From Anaeramoeba ignava BMAN (lineage: Eukaryota; Protista; Anaeramoebae), in assembly GCA_028826165.1 (NCBI GenBank), contig JAPDFW010000087.1, forward strand, positions 257,526 to 321,525: 64,000 nt of DNA. Reading direction: 5' to 3'. This document shows, piece by piece, positions 1 through 12,779 of this stretch. The position numbers were made by a program, and so were the translations under genes. Numbering within the stretch: position 1 is the stretch's first letter; the number at the start of each line of letters is the position of its first letter. Under the pieces are notes generated by a model. It was not told where the DNA came from. It saw nothing but the letters and a program-made list of their open reading frames with translations, and searched no databases.

Positions 1-2080
1 TTAAATTTAAATATTTTGTATTTAATTTAAATATTTTGATTTAATTTAAATATTTTGATTTAATTTAAATATTTTGATTAAATTTAATATTTGTATTTAA
101 TTTAAATATTTTGTATTTAATTTAAATATTTTGATTTAATTTAAATATTTTGATTTAATTTAATTATTTTGTATTTAATTTAATATTTTGATTTAATTTG
201 AATATTTTAATTTAATTTAAATATTTTGATTTAATTTAAATATTTTGTATTTAATTTAAATATAATATTTTGATTTAATTTAATATTTGTTTTAATTTAA
301 ATATTTTGTATTTAATTTAAATATTTTGATTTAATTTAAATATTTTGATTTAATTTAAATATTTTGATTTAATTTGAATATTTTTAATTTAATTTAAAAT
401 ATTTTGATTTAATTTAATATTTTTGATTTAATTTAATTATTTTGATTTAATTTAAATATTTTGATTTAATTTAAATATTTTGATTTAATTTAATATTTTG
501 TTTTAATTTAAATATTTTGATTTAATTTAAATATTTTAATTTAATTTGAATATTTTGAATTAATTTAAATATTATATTTAATTTAAATATTTTAATTTAA
601 TTTAAATATTTGATTAAATTTAATATTTTAATTTAAATATTTTGATTTAATTTAATATTTTGATTTAATTTAAATATTTTGATTTAATTTAATTATTTTG
701 TATTTAATTTAATATTTTGATTTAATTTAAATATTTTGATTTAATTTAAATATTTTGATTTAATTTTAAAATTTAATTTTAATATTTTGATTTAATTTAA
801 TATTTAATTTAAATATTTTGTATTTAATTTAAATATTTTTGTATTTAATTTAAATATTTTGATTTAATTTAATATTTTGATTTAATTTAAATATTTTGAT
901 TTAATTTAAATATTTTGTATTTAATTTAAATATTTTGATTTAATTTAATATTTTGATTTAATTTAATTATTTTAAATATTTTGATTTAATTTAAATATTT
1001 TGATTTAATTAAATATTTTGATTTAATTTAAATATTTGTTTAATTTAATATTTTGTTTAATTTAAAGTATTTTGATTTGATTTAAATATTTTGATTTAAT
1101 TTAAATATTTTGATTTAATTTAAATATTTTGATTTAATTTAATTATTTTGATTTAATTTAAATATTTTGATTTAATTTAAATATTTTGTATTTAATTTAA
1201 ATATTTTGATTTAATTTAAATATTTTAATTTAATTTAAAATATTTTAATTTAATTTAAATATTTTGATTTAATTTGAATATTTGATTTAATTTAAATATT
1301 TGATTTAATTTAATTATTTTGATTTAATTTAAATATTATATTTAATTTAATTATTTTTGATTTAATTTAAATATTTTGTATTTAATTTAAATATTTTGGA
1401 TTTAATTTAAATATTTGTATTTAATTTAATTATTTTGATTTAATTTAAATATTTTTGATTTAAATATTTTGATTTAATTTACATATTTTGATTTAATTTA
1501 AATTTTTGTATTTAATTTAAATATTTTGATTTAATTTAAATTTTTGTATTTAATTTAAATATTTTGATTTAATTTAAATATTTTGTATTTAATTTAATTT
1601 TGATTTAATTTAATTTGAATATTTTGTATTTAATTTAAATATTTTGATTTAATTTAAATATTTGGATTTAATTTAATTATTTTAATTTAATTTAAATATT
1701 TTGATTTAATTTAAATATTTTGTATTTAATTTAATTATTTTGTATTTAATTTAATTATTTTGATTTAATTTAATTATTTTGTATTTAATTTAATTATTTT
1801 GATTTAATTTAAATATTTTGATTTAATTTAAATATTTTGATTTAATTTAAATATTTTGATTTAATTTAATATTTTGATTTAATTTAAATATTTTGTATTT
1901 AATTTAAATATTTTGATTTAATTTAAATATTTTGATTTAATTTAAATATTTTGATTTAATTTAAATATTTGATTTAATTTAATTATTTTGATTTAATTTA
2001 ATTATTTTGATTTAATTTGAATATTTTGATTTAATTTAATTATTTTGTATTTAATTTAAATATTTAATTTAATTTAAATT
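1..2080. repeat. AT-rich minisatellite, ~20-bp unit (TTGATTTAATTTAAATATTT), running off the window start
   Basis: Directly visible tandem array with small indel variants; lies 3' of the minus-strand gene ending at 2167. Confidence 0.95.
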
Positions 2081-2166
2081 TTGTATTCGTAAGTGTTCTT
2101 TTATTTATATTTTTATTTGTATTTTTGTTTATATTTATTTTTATTAAATTTCATTCTTGAAAATAA

Positions 2167-2763
2167 TCAACCTTTTCTATGTAAACGAATAGCAATAATA
2201 TAAGATAAAATAGACAATAAACCAGTACCAATTGCCAAATATACAGACATAGCAATTTTAATTTCTTTTTGATTACTAATTTGAGTATCAATATAAATAG
2301 GAAACATAGCATTTTTATCATTAAAGATAATCTTATTAACATTATCAGAAACAACGAGATAAGATATAATAGCAATCCAGTAAAAAATTGAAGGTAAAAT
2401 TGCAAAAAGATAAAAAAACTTTCTGAAGAAAACCAAGAAAGAAAAAACAAAAGCGGCAACAAAAGAAGCAATAACGCCGCTTGAAACTTGGTATATTTTT
2501 TTCCAATCATTCTTAAATTCTGCGCTGACTCGCGCGTGTGTATCCATAGAACGAAGTGAGTATGTTGAATGTTCTGTATATATTCCATAATATCCATCAA
2601 AATTTATTCGATTTATTCCTATTTTTACATACATGTCTGTTATTTTAATTCCTCCGCTTGTTTGTATTATTCCTCCTACATGCCATTCCATTAGGCAAAG
2701 TGATATAACCCCAATTATGCATGGAAATCCATATGCAATTATTATGGGATATCTTTTATTCAT
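2167..2763 (-). CDS. Small multi-pass (about 4 TM) membrane protein with claudin/amastin-like topology
   Basis: 198-aa ORF with normal coding complexity. N-terminal hydrophobic helix followed by a W-containing loop, three more hydrophobic segments and a short basic tail. Inr-like TCATTTT copies lie just upstream on the minus strand. The family call rests on topology only. Confidence 0.7.
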   Translation of the reverse strand: MNKRYPIIIAYGFPCIIGVISLCLMEWHVGGIIQTSGGIKITDMYVKIGINRINFDGYYGIYTEHSTYSLRSMDTHARVSAEFKNDWKKIYQVSSGVIASFVAAFVFSFLVFFRKFFYLFAILPSIFYWIAIISYLVVSDNVNKIIFNDKNAMFPIYIDTQISNQKEIKIAMSVYLAIGTGLLSILSYIIAIRLHRKG

Positions 2764-2859
2764 TATTATTTTTTTTTAAAAATGAAAAATTAAAATAAAA
2801 TGGAAAAATGAAAAATGAAAAATGTTTCTCAAAAAAAAATTTTTTTTATTTCTTCCACA

Positions 2860-4245
2860 AAAATTTCAAAATCAAAAATCAATTAATAAATCAAAATCAA
2901 TTAATAAATCAAAATCAAAATCAATTAATAAATCAAAATCAAAATCAAAATCAAAATCAAAATCAAAATCAAAATCAAAATCAAAAATCAAAATCAAAAT
3001 CAAAATCAAAATCAATTAATAAATTAAAATCAAAATCAAAATCAATTAATAAATCAAAATCAAAATCAATTAATAAATTAAAATCAAAATCAATTAATAA
3101 ATCAAAATTAAAATCAATTAATAAATCAAAATCAAAATCAATTAATAAATCAAAATCAATTAATAAATCAAAATCAAAATCAAAATCAAAATCAAAATCA
3201 AAATCAATTAATAAATCAAAATCAATTAATAAATCAAAATCAAAATTAAAATCAAAATCAATTAATAAATCAAAATCAAATAATAAATCAAAATCAAAAT
3301 CAAAATCAATTAATAAATCAAAATCAAAATCAATTAATAAATCAAAATCAATTAATAAATCAAAATCAAAATCAAAATCAAAATCAAAATCAATTAATAA
3401 ATCAAATCAAAATCAATTAATAAATCAAAATCAAAATCAAAATCAAAATCAAAATCAAAATCAATTAATAAATCAAAATCAATTAATAAATCAAAATTAA
3501 AATCAAAATCAAAATCAAAATCAAAATCAATTAATAAATCAAAATCAAAATCAAAATCAAAATCAAAATCAAAATCAAAATCAAAATCAATTAATAAATC
3601 AAAATCAAAATCAAAATCAATTAATAAATCAAAATCAAAATCAAAATCAAAATCAATTAATAAATCAAAATCAATTAATAAATTAAAAAATCAAAATGAA
3701 TTAATAAATTAAAATCAAAATCAAAATCAATTAATAAATCAAAATCAAAATCAAAATCAATTAATAAATCAAAATCAAAATCAAAATCAATTAATAAATC
3801 AAAATCAAAATCAAAATCAATTAATAAATCAAAATCAAAATCAATTAATAAATCAAAATGAATTAATAAATTAAAATCAAAATCAAAATCAATTAATAAA
3901 TCAAAATCAAAATCAAAATCAAAATCAAAATCAAAATCAAATTCAAATTCAAAATCAAAATCAAAATCAAAATCAAAATCAAAATCAAAATCAAAATCAA
4001 AATTAAAATTAAAATCAAAATTAAAATCAATTAATAAATCAAAATCAAAATCAATTAATAAATCAAAATCAAAATCAATTAATAAATCAAAATCAAAATC
4101 AATTAATAAATCAAAATTAAAATCAAAATCAATTAATAAATCAAAATAAATTAATAAATTAAAATCAAAATCAAAATCAATTAATAAATCAAAATCAAAA
4201 TCAATTAATAAATCAAAATCAAAATCAATTAATAAATCAAATCAC
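2860..4245. repeat. (AATCAA)n / ATTAATAAATCAAA microsatellite between divergent genes
   Basis: Tandem array with almost no G on the + strand; explains the spurious ORFs 2808..3500 and 2822..3019. Confidence 0.95.
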
Positions 4246-4294
4246 GTCATTCAAAAAACAATTAAAATTAAAATTAAAATTAAAAAAATATTTT

Positions 4295-4325
4295 TTTTTT
4301 CATTTTTTTCATTTTTTCATTTTCT
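4295..4325 (+). promoter_or_regulatory. Initiator-like TTTTCATTTT cluster upstream of RIO1 (representative copy of a window-wide motif)
   Basis: Three TCATTTT copies lie 10-40 nt before the ATG; the same motif, in sense orientation, precedes most genes in the window. Confidence 0.6.
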
Positions 4326-4334
4326 TTTAAAATT

Positions 4335-7300
4335 ATGCAAGATTTTTTAATAGAAGAAAAATTTAAACGACAAATTCAATCACATCAATCCAAAAAAAAT
4401 CAAAACCGTGAACAACCAATTCAAAAACTAGACAAATATTTTCACAAAATAAATTTAGCAACCAAAATAAGTCTTGAAGATGATCTTTCATCATTTTCAA
4501 CATCAGTAACAAATAGTGCACAAAAAGTACAGAAAAAAATGCAAAACAATCGAAAAAGACAAAAAGATGTTTCAGATAGACATACAATTGAGCAAGTAAT
4601 TGATGGTCGAATAAGAATGATAATTTTTAAATTGCTTAATCAAGCTGTTATTGATGAAATTAATGGTTGTGTTAGTACTGGTAAAGAAGCTAATGTTTAT
4701 TATGCTAATTCGGAAAAAAATGGTGAAATTGCTGTCAAAATTTATAAAACTTCTATTCTTATTTTTAAAGATAGAGATCGGTAAATAAACATAAAACTAA
4801 AATTCATATTAAAATTAAAATTCATTTATAAAATTTAAAATCAAAATTAAAATTAAAATTAAAATTAATATTTAAATTAAAATTAAAATCAAAATTAAAA
4901 TTAAAATTAAAATTAAAATTAAAATTCATTTATAAAATTAAAATTAAAATTAAAATCAAATTTAAAATTAAAATTAAAATCAAAATTAAAATTAAAATTA
5001 AAATTAAAATTAAAATTAAAATTTAAAATTAAAATTAAAATTAAAATTAAAATTAAAATTAAAATTAAAATTAATATTAAAGTTAAAATTCAAATTCAAA
5101 TTAAAATTAAAATTAATATTAAAATTAAAATTAAAATTAAAATTAAAAGTTAAAATTAAAATTAAAATTCATTTATAAAATTTAAAATTAAAATTAAAAT
5201 TAAAATTAAAATTAAAATTAATATTAAAATTAAAATTTAAAATTAAAATTAAAATTAAAATTCATATTAAAATTCATTTATAAAAATTTAAAATTAAAAA
5301 TTAAATTTAAAATCAAAATTAAAATTAAAGTTAAAATTAATATTTAAATTAATATTTAAATTAAAATTTAAAACTAAATTAAAATTAAAAATAAAATTAA
5401 AAATTAAAATTCATTTATAAAAGTTAAAATTAAAAATTAAATTTAAAATTTAAATTAAAATTAAAATTAAAAATTAAAATTAATATTTAAATTAAAATTT
5501 AAAATTAAAATTCATTTATAAAATTAAAATTAAAATTAATATTAAAATTAAAATTAAAATTAAAATTAAAATCAAATTTAAAATTAAAGTTAAAATTAAA
5601 ATTTAAAATTAAAATTAAAATTAAAATTAAAATTAAAATTAAAATTAAAATTAAAATTAAAATTAAAATTAAAATTAAAATTAAAATTTAAAATTAAAAA
5701 TAAAATTAAAATCAAAATTAAAATTAAAATTAAAATTAAATTTAAAATTTATATCAAAATCAAAATTAATATCAAAATCAAAATTAATATCAAAATTAGA
5801 TATGTAAGTGGAGAATTTAGATTTAGATCAGGATATTGTAGACATAATCCTCGAAAAATGGTTAGAGTTTGGGCTGAAAAAGAAATGAGAAATTTACAAA
5901 GATTAAATAATGCAGGAATTCCTTCACCTAAACCTATTATTTTAAAAGGGCATGTTCTTCTTATGTCTTTTATTGGAAAAAATTCAATTCCTGCTCCTCG
6001 TTTAAAGGATGCTTTATTAACTCCTCAAAAAGTTAAGAAATGTTATTATCAATGTATTACTTTGATGCGGAAAATGTTTTGGGATTGTAAATTAGTTCAC
6101 GCAGATCTTAGTGAAGTATTTTATTTATTTTTTAAATAAGAATTGAACTTGAAAATTTAAAATTAAGAAATGAATTTAAATTTAATTAAGAAATGAATTT
6201 AAATTTAAAATTAAATGGATTTAAATTTAATTAAGAAATGGATTGAAATTTAATATTTAGAAATGGATTGAAATTTAATTAAGAAATGAATTTAAATTTA
6301 ATTAAGAAATGAATTTAAATTTAAAATTAAGAAATGAATTTAAATTTAATTAAGAAATGAATTTAAATTTAATTAAGAAAATGAATTCAAATTTAATTAA
6401 GAAATGAATTTAAATTCAATTAAGAAATGAATTCAAATTTAATTAAGAAATGAATTTAAATTTAATTAAGAAATGGATTGAAATTTAATATTTAGAAATG
6501 AATTTAAATTTAAAATTAAGAAATGGATTTAAATTTAATTAAGAAATGAATTCAAATTTAATTAAGAAATGAATTTAAATTTAATTAAGAAATGAATTCA
6601 AATTTAATTAAGAAATGAATTTAAATTTAAAATTAAAATTAAAATTAAAATTAAAATTAAAAATTAAAATTAAAATTAAAATTAAAATTAAAATTAAAAT
6701 TAAAATTAAAATTAAAATTAAAATTAAAATTAAAATTAAATTTAAAATTAAAATTAAAATTAAAAATTAAAATCAAAATTAAAATTAAAATTAAAATCAA
6801 AATTAAAATCAAAATTTAAAATTAAAATTAAAATTTATAAATTATAAATTCAAAATATCAAAATTTAAAACAAAAATAGTATAATATTTTATATTATAAA
6901 TCACAATGCTATATTATTGATGTTTCTCAATCTGTTGAACACGATCATCCTAATGCATTAGTTTTCTTACGAAAAGATTGCACAAACATTACAAATTTTT
7001 TTTCTAAAAAAGGAGTTCTTACAATGTCAATAATAGAATTATTTGAATATATAACAGACGTAACAATCACTCAAGAAAACGAAGAAGATTATCTTCGTTT
7101 AATTGAATCAAGAATTACAGAAAAAAATCATCATCTCACTCATGAACAACAAGTTGAACAAGAAGTTTTTAAATCAGCTTATATTCCTCAAAAATTAGAT
7201 GATGTTATCAATTTTCGCAGAGATAAAGAAAATGTTCTTAAAGGAAATGCTGATGTATTTTATTATAGCTTTTTATTCAAAATTCAAAGTTTATTCAAAA

Positions 7301-7865
7301 TATTTCTTTTTATTATTTTTTTCTTTTTTTTTAACAAAAATATATATAGATTTATTATCAACAAATTTTGGGAATGAAAAAAGATTTAACTGAACCAAAT
7401 TTATTTCCAGAAATTTTAAGTCAAGAAAATATAAATCAAAATTTAAATGAAAATACAAATGAAAATACAAATGAAAATATAAATGAAAATATAAATCAAA
7501 ATACAAATGAAAATATAAATGAAAATGAAAATATAAATCAAAATACAAATGAAAATATAAATCAAAATCAAAATCAAAATCAAAATCAAAATATAAATGA
7601 AAATCAAAATACAAATCAAAATGAAAATGAAAATGAAAATGAAAATGAAAATGAAAATTTAACAAAATTACAAATAAATGATCCACAATTTTCTAGAAAA
7701 AAACTTAAAGGAGATAAAGAAGAAATTAGAGAAATAAAAAAAGAACATAAAAAGAAAATTAAAAAAGAAAAACAAGAAAAAAGAAAAATTAAAATTCCAA
7801 AAAGTATAAAGAAAAGAAGACAAAGAGTTGTACAAAGAAAAAGAAGAGGAAAAGGAAGGAAATAA
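4335..7865 (+). CDS. RIO1: RIO1 atypical Ser/Thr kinase (40S ribosome maturation), 4 exons
   Basis: Exons 4335-4780, 5800-6115, 6880-7254 and 7350-7865, all with GT-AG introns. Splicing restores the RIO1 motifs [60 protein letters not shown] and the lysine-rich C-terminus. Confidence 0.95.
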
Positions 7866-9235
7866 TTTATAAAATAATTAATAAAATAATTAATAAAATA
7901 ATTAATAAAAATAAAAAATAAAAAATTAAAAATAAAAAATTAAAAAAAAATTAATAAAGTAATTAATAAAATAATTAATAAAAAATAAATAAAAAAAATA
8001 ATTTACAAAATAATTAATAAAATAATTAATAAAATAATTAATAAAACAATTAATAAAATAATTAATAAAATAATAAATAAAATAATTAATAAAATAATTA
8101 ATAAAATAATTTATAAAATAATTAATAAAATAATTAATAAAATAATTTATAAAATAATTAATAAAATAATTAATAAAATAATTAATAAAATAATTTATAA
8201 AATAATAAATAAAATAATTTATAAAATAACTTATAAAATAATTAATAAAATAATTAATAAAAATAATTTATAAAATAATTTATAAAAATAATTAATAAAA
8301 TAATTTACAAAAATAATTTACAAAATAATTAATAAAATAATTTATAAAATAATTAATAAAAACAATTTATAAAATAATTAATAAAACAATTTATAAAATA
8401 ATTAATAAAATAATTTATAAAATAATTAATAAAATAATTTATAAAATAATTAATAAAATAAATTATAAAATAATTTATAAAATAAATTATAAAATAATTT
8501 ATAAAATAATTAATAAAATAATTAATAAAATAATTTACAAAATAACTAAAATAAAATAATTAATAAAATAATTTATAAAATAATTTATAAAATAATTTAT
8601 AAAATAATTTACAAATAATTAATAAATTAATTAATAAAATAATTTATAAAATAATTAATAAAATAATTAATAAAATAATTAATAAAATAATTAATAAAAT
8701 AATTAATAAAATAATTAATAAAATAATTAATAAAATAATTAATAAAATAATTTATAAAATAATTTATAAAATAATTTACAAAATAATTTATAAAATAATT
8801 AATAAAATAATTAATAAAATAATTAATAAAATAATTAATAAAATAATTTATAAAATAATTAATAAAATAATTAATAAAAATAATTTACAAAATAACTTAT
8901 AAAATAATTAATAAAATAATTTATAAAATAATTTATAAAATAATTTACAAAATAATTTACAAAAATAATTAATAAAACAATTTACAAAATAATTTATAAA
9001 ATAATTTATAAAATAATTAATAAAATAATTAATAAAATAATTAATAAAATAATTAATAAAATAATTAATAAAATAATTTATAAAATAACTTATAAAATAA
9101 TTTATAAAATAACTTATAAAATAAATAATAAAATAATTTACAAAATAATTTATAAAATAATTAATAAAATAATTAATAAAACAATTTATAAAATAATTAA
9201 TAAAATAATAAATAAAATAATTTATAAAATAATTC
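7866..9235. repeat. 12-bp minisatellite (AAAATAATTAAT / AAAATAATTTAT) between convergent genes
   Basis: Visible tandem array starting right after the RIO1 stop codon. Confidence 0.95.
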
Positions 9236-9395
9236 ATTTCAATTCAAAATTTATTAAAAAATTCTTAATTTCAATTCAAATCAAATCAATTTAAAAAAAA
9301 AATTCATTTCTTATCAAAATAAAATCAAACAAAATAAAAAGAACAAATTGAAAAAAACAAACAATGTTTTTTCTGATAAAAAGAAGTAAAACAAA

Positions 9396-10706
9396 TCAAT
9401 CTTTTTTCTTAATATAAACCATTCTGTTATGGCGATGATTTGTATCATTAACCATTTTCATAGTTTTACTTAAAAAAGCAGCAATTCCTCTTCTTGTATT
9501 TCTCCAATCAGTAGTTTTAACTACTTTATCTTTTGCAATAAATTTATCACTTTGAGTTTTTCCTTTTCTTCCTTTTGCTGAAACTAAAAGACTTATTACT
9601 TCATCTTTTACTTCAACATATTCTGGAATTGCTCCTGTTTTCAAAAATATTGCATATGAATTTTGCGTCCATCCAATTAAAAGTGTTGGATCATATAATG
9701 CTATTTTATCAAATCGAAACCCAATTTTTGGACATGGTTTTTGTGATAGAAAATTCATTAATTCTTCATATTCATAATTTGATTTTCCTTCTTGATTTTG
9801 ATTTTCATTTTCATTTTGATTTTCATTTTTATTTTCATTTTCATTTTGATTTTGATTTTCATTTTGATTTTGATTTTGATTTTCATTTTCATTTTCATTT
9901 TCATTTTGATTTTGATTTAGATTTTCATTTTTATTTTCATCTTGATTTTGATTTTTGATTTTCTTTTTAATTTTGAATTTCTTCTTCTTCTTCTTTTGTT
10001 TTTCTTTTTGATTTTGATTTTGATTTTGATTTTGATTTTGATTTATTAATTTATTTTGAATTTCATTTTGAATTTCATTTTGATTTTCATTTTCATTTTG
10101 ATTTTGATTTTGATTTTGATTTTCATTTTCTAAGTGATTTTCAAAATATTTTTCAAAATATATTTGGTTTTGATATTTGATTTGAATTTCATTTTCCTGT
10201 TTATTTTGAATTTGATTGTGAATTTGGTTTTGATTTTGACTTGAAATTTGATTTAAATCTTGTTTTTCACCTGAAATAAAATTTTGAATTGAATCAAAAT
10301 CATTGAAATCTTGAGTTGAATTATTATTTGAACTAAGAAATCGAAAACCATTATTATTTTGGGAAATCTGAGTAAAATCATCAACAATAATATTATTTTG
10401 GGGGATTCTATTATTTTCTAAATGGGAATGATTTGTTTGAATTTTTTCTTGAAAATGATTTAAATTATTAAATTGAGTTTTTTCAAAATTAAGTTGATTT
10501 TGAATATTTGAATTTTTTTTTTCATCTTCAAGAATATTTTTATCAGTTTTAATAAAGCAACTTGAATCAAGAGAAGTATCTAAAAATTCAAGCTGTTTTG
10601 AATCTAATCGATTACTAAATAAATGAACTTGTTCTCTTGATTGTCCAATTAATTCTTCATAAAAATCTTCAAGTGGATTTGAAAAGAAAAAATCAGAATC
10701 ATCCAT
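9396..10706 (-). CDS. Hypothetical protein with an acidic/aromatic N-terminus, NQ/NE linker and a basic C-terminal domain (possible winged-helix DNA-binding factor)
   Basis: Single 436-aa ORF with a lysine run resembling an NLS (KKKKKKFKIKKK) and a globular, basic C-terminal ~120 aa. Confidence 0.7.
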   Translation of the reverse strand: MDDSDFFFSNPLEDFYEELIGQSREQVHLFSNRLDSKQLEFLDTSLDSSCFIKTDKNILEDEKKNSNIQNQLNFEKTQFNNLNHFQEKIQTNHSHLENNRIPQNNIIVDDFTQISQNNNGFRFLSSNNNSTQDFNDFDSIQNFISGEKQDLNQISSQNQNQIHNQIQNKQENEIQIKYQNQIYFEKYFENHLENENQNQNQNQNENENQNEIQNEIQNKLINQNQNQNQNQNQKEKQKKKKKKFKIKKKIKNQNQDENKNENLNQNQNENENENENQNQNQNENQNQNENENKNENQNENENQNQEGKSNYEYEELMNFLSQKPCPKIGFRFDKIALYDPTLLIGWTQNSYAIFLKTGAIPEYVEVKDEVISLLVSAKGRKGKTQSDKFIAKDKVVKTTDWRNTRRGIAAFLSKTMKMVNDTNHRHNRMVYIKKKD

Positions 10707-11254
10707 TTAGTTTTTTAGTTTAATTTAATTGTGCGTTTTTATTTATTTTGTTTTTATTTATTATTTATTTTTTTATTTTTATTTTTATATTTTTTTTTTC
10801 ACTTTTGGTTTTTTTTAAAAAGAAATTAAGAAAAAAACGTAAAAAAAAAAAGGAAAATTAAACAAATTTTAAAAGTAAAAAAAATTATTATTAAAAAGGA
10901 AATAGTTCAAAAATTGAGAAAGAAAAAAAAATAAATTTATTTTTAATTATTTTTTTTTTTTTAATTTTTAAAAAAAGATCTTTTTTTTTTTTTTTATTTT
11001 TTAAAACTAAAATTAAAACTAAAAAACCCAAAAACAATTAAAACAAAAAACCAACGAAGCAAAAAAAGTAGAAAATAAATAAATAAAAATAAAAATGCGA
11101 AAAATTATTTTTTTTCCCTTTTTTTTCGTTTTTCCACATTTTTTTTATTTATAAATTTTAATCAAAAAATCAAACTTAAAATTTAAAATCTAAATCATAA
11201 ATCAAATTCTTAATATAATCTACAAATCAATTTTAAATATCGAAAAAAATATTT

Positions 11255-12612
11255 AAAATATTTAAAATATTCAAAATATTAATTTATTCAAAATATTCAA
11301 AATATTCAATATATTCCAAATATTCAATATATTCAAAATATTCAAAAATATCCAAAATATTTTTAATTTATTCAATATATTCAATATATTCTAAATATTC
11401 AAAATATTCAAAATATTCAAAATATTCAATATATTCAATATATTCAAAATATTTAATATATTCAATTTATTCAATATATTCAATATATCCAATATATTCA
11501 ATATATTCAATTTATTCAAAATATTCAATATATTCAAAATATTCAATATATTCAATATATTCAAAATATTCAAAATATTCAAAATATTCAATATATTCAA
11601 TATATTCAATATATTCAAAATATTCAATATATTCAAAATATTCAATATATTCAAAATATTCAAAATATTCAATATATTCAAAATATTCAAAATATTCAAA
11701 AAAATTCAAAATATCCAAAATATTTAATATATTCAAATATTCAAAATATTCAAAAATATCCAAAATATTTAATATATTCAATTTATTCAATATATTCAAT
11801 ATATTCAATATATTCAATATATTCAAAATATTCAAATATATTTCAAAAATATTCAAAATATTCAATATATTCAAAATATTCAAAATATTCAATATTATAT
11901 TCAAAAATATTCAAAATATTTCAAAATATTCAAATATTCAAAATATTCAATATATTCAATATATTCAATATATTCAATATATTCAAAAATATTCAAATAT
12001 ATTCAATATATTCAAAATATTCAATATATTCAAAATATTCAAAATATTCAAAATATTCAAAATATTCAATATATTCAATTTATATTCAAAATATTCAATA
12101 TATTCAAAATATTCAATATATTCAAAAATATTCAAAATATTCAAAATATTCAAAATATTCAAAATATTCAAAAAATATGTTTCAAAATATTCAAAATATT
12201 CAATATATTCTTCAATATATTCAATATATTCAATATATTCAATATATTCAATATATTCATTTATTCAAAATATTCAAAATATTCAATATATTCAATATAT
12301 TCAATATTCAAAAATATTCAATATATTCAAAATATTCAATATATTCAATATATTCAAAATATTCAATATATTCAATATATTCAAAATATTCAATATATTC
12401 AATATATTCAAAATATTCAAAATATCCAATATATTCAATATATTCAATTTATTCAAAATATTCAATATATTCAAAATATTCAATATATTCAATATATTCA
12501 AAATATTCAATATATTCAATATATTCAATTTATTCAAAATATTCAAAATATCCAATATATTCAATATATTCAATATATTCAAAATATTCAATATATTCAA
12601 AATATTCAAAAT
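11255..12612. repeat. 9-bp microsatellite (TATTCAAAA / TATTCAATA)
   Basis: Visible array; explains the spurious ILN/EYF/SKY ORFs. Confidence 0.95.
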
Positions 12613-12779
12613 AATCAAATCGGAAAAAAAATTTTATTTTTTAAAATTCAAAACAATATCATTTCATTATTATTTCATTATTATTTCTTTATCATTTCTT
12701 TATCATTTCTTTATCATTTCTTTATCATTTAATTATTATTTCTTTATCATTTCTTTACCATTTCTTTATCATTTCTTTA

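Noticed and set aside
1-2080. Telomeric repeat at the window start
   Set aside because: The unit is ~20 bp, degenerate and lacks a G-rich strand; it resembles the other intergenic arrays.
2808-3500. 230-aa SKSIN/NQ ORF, and similar ORFs at 8908, 11391-12618, 25580, 39517, 40716-41141 and 63611
   Set aside because: These are translations of non-coding tandem repeats whose units lack stops in one frame; they have no coding complexity.
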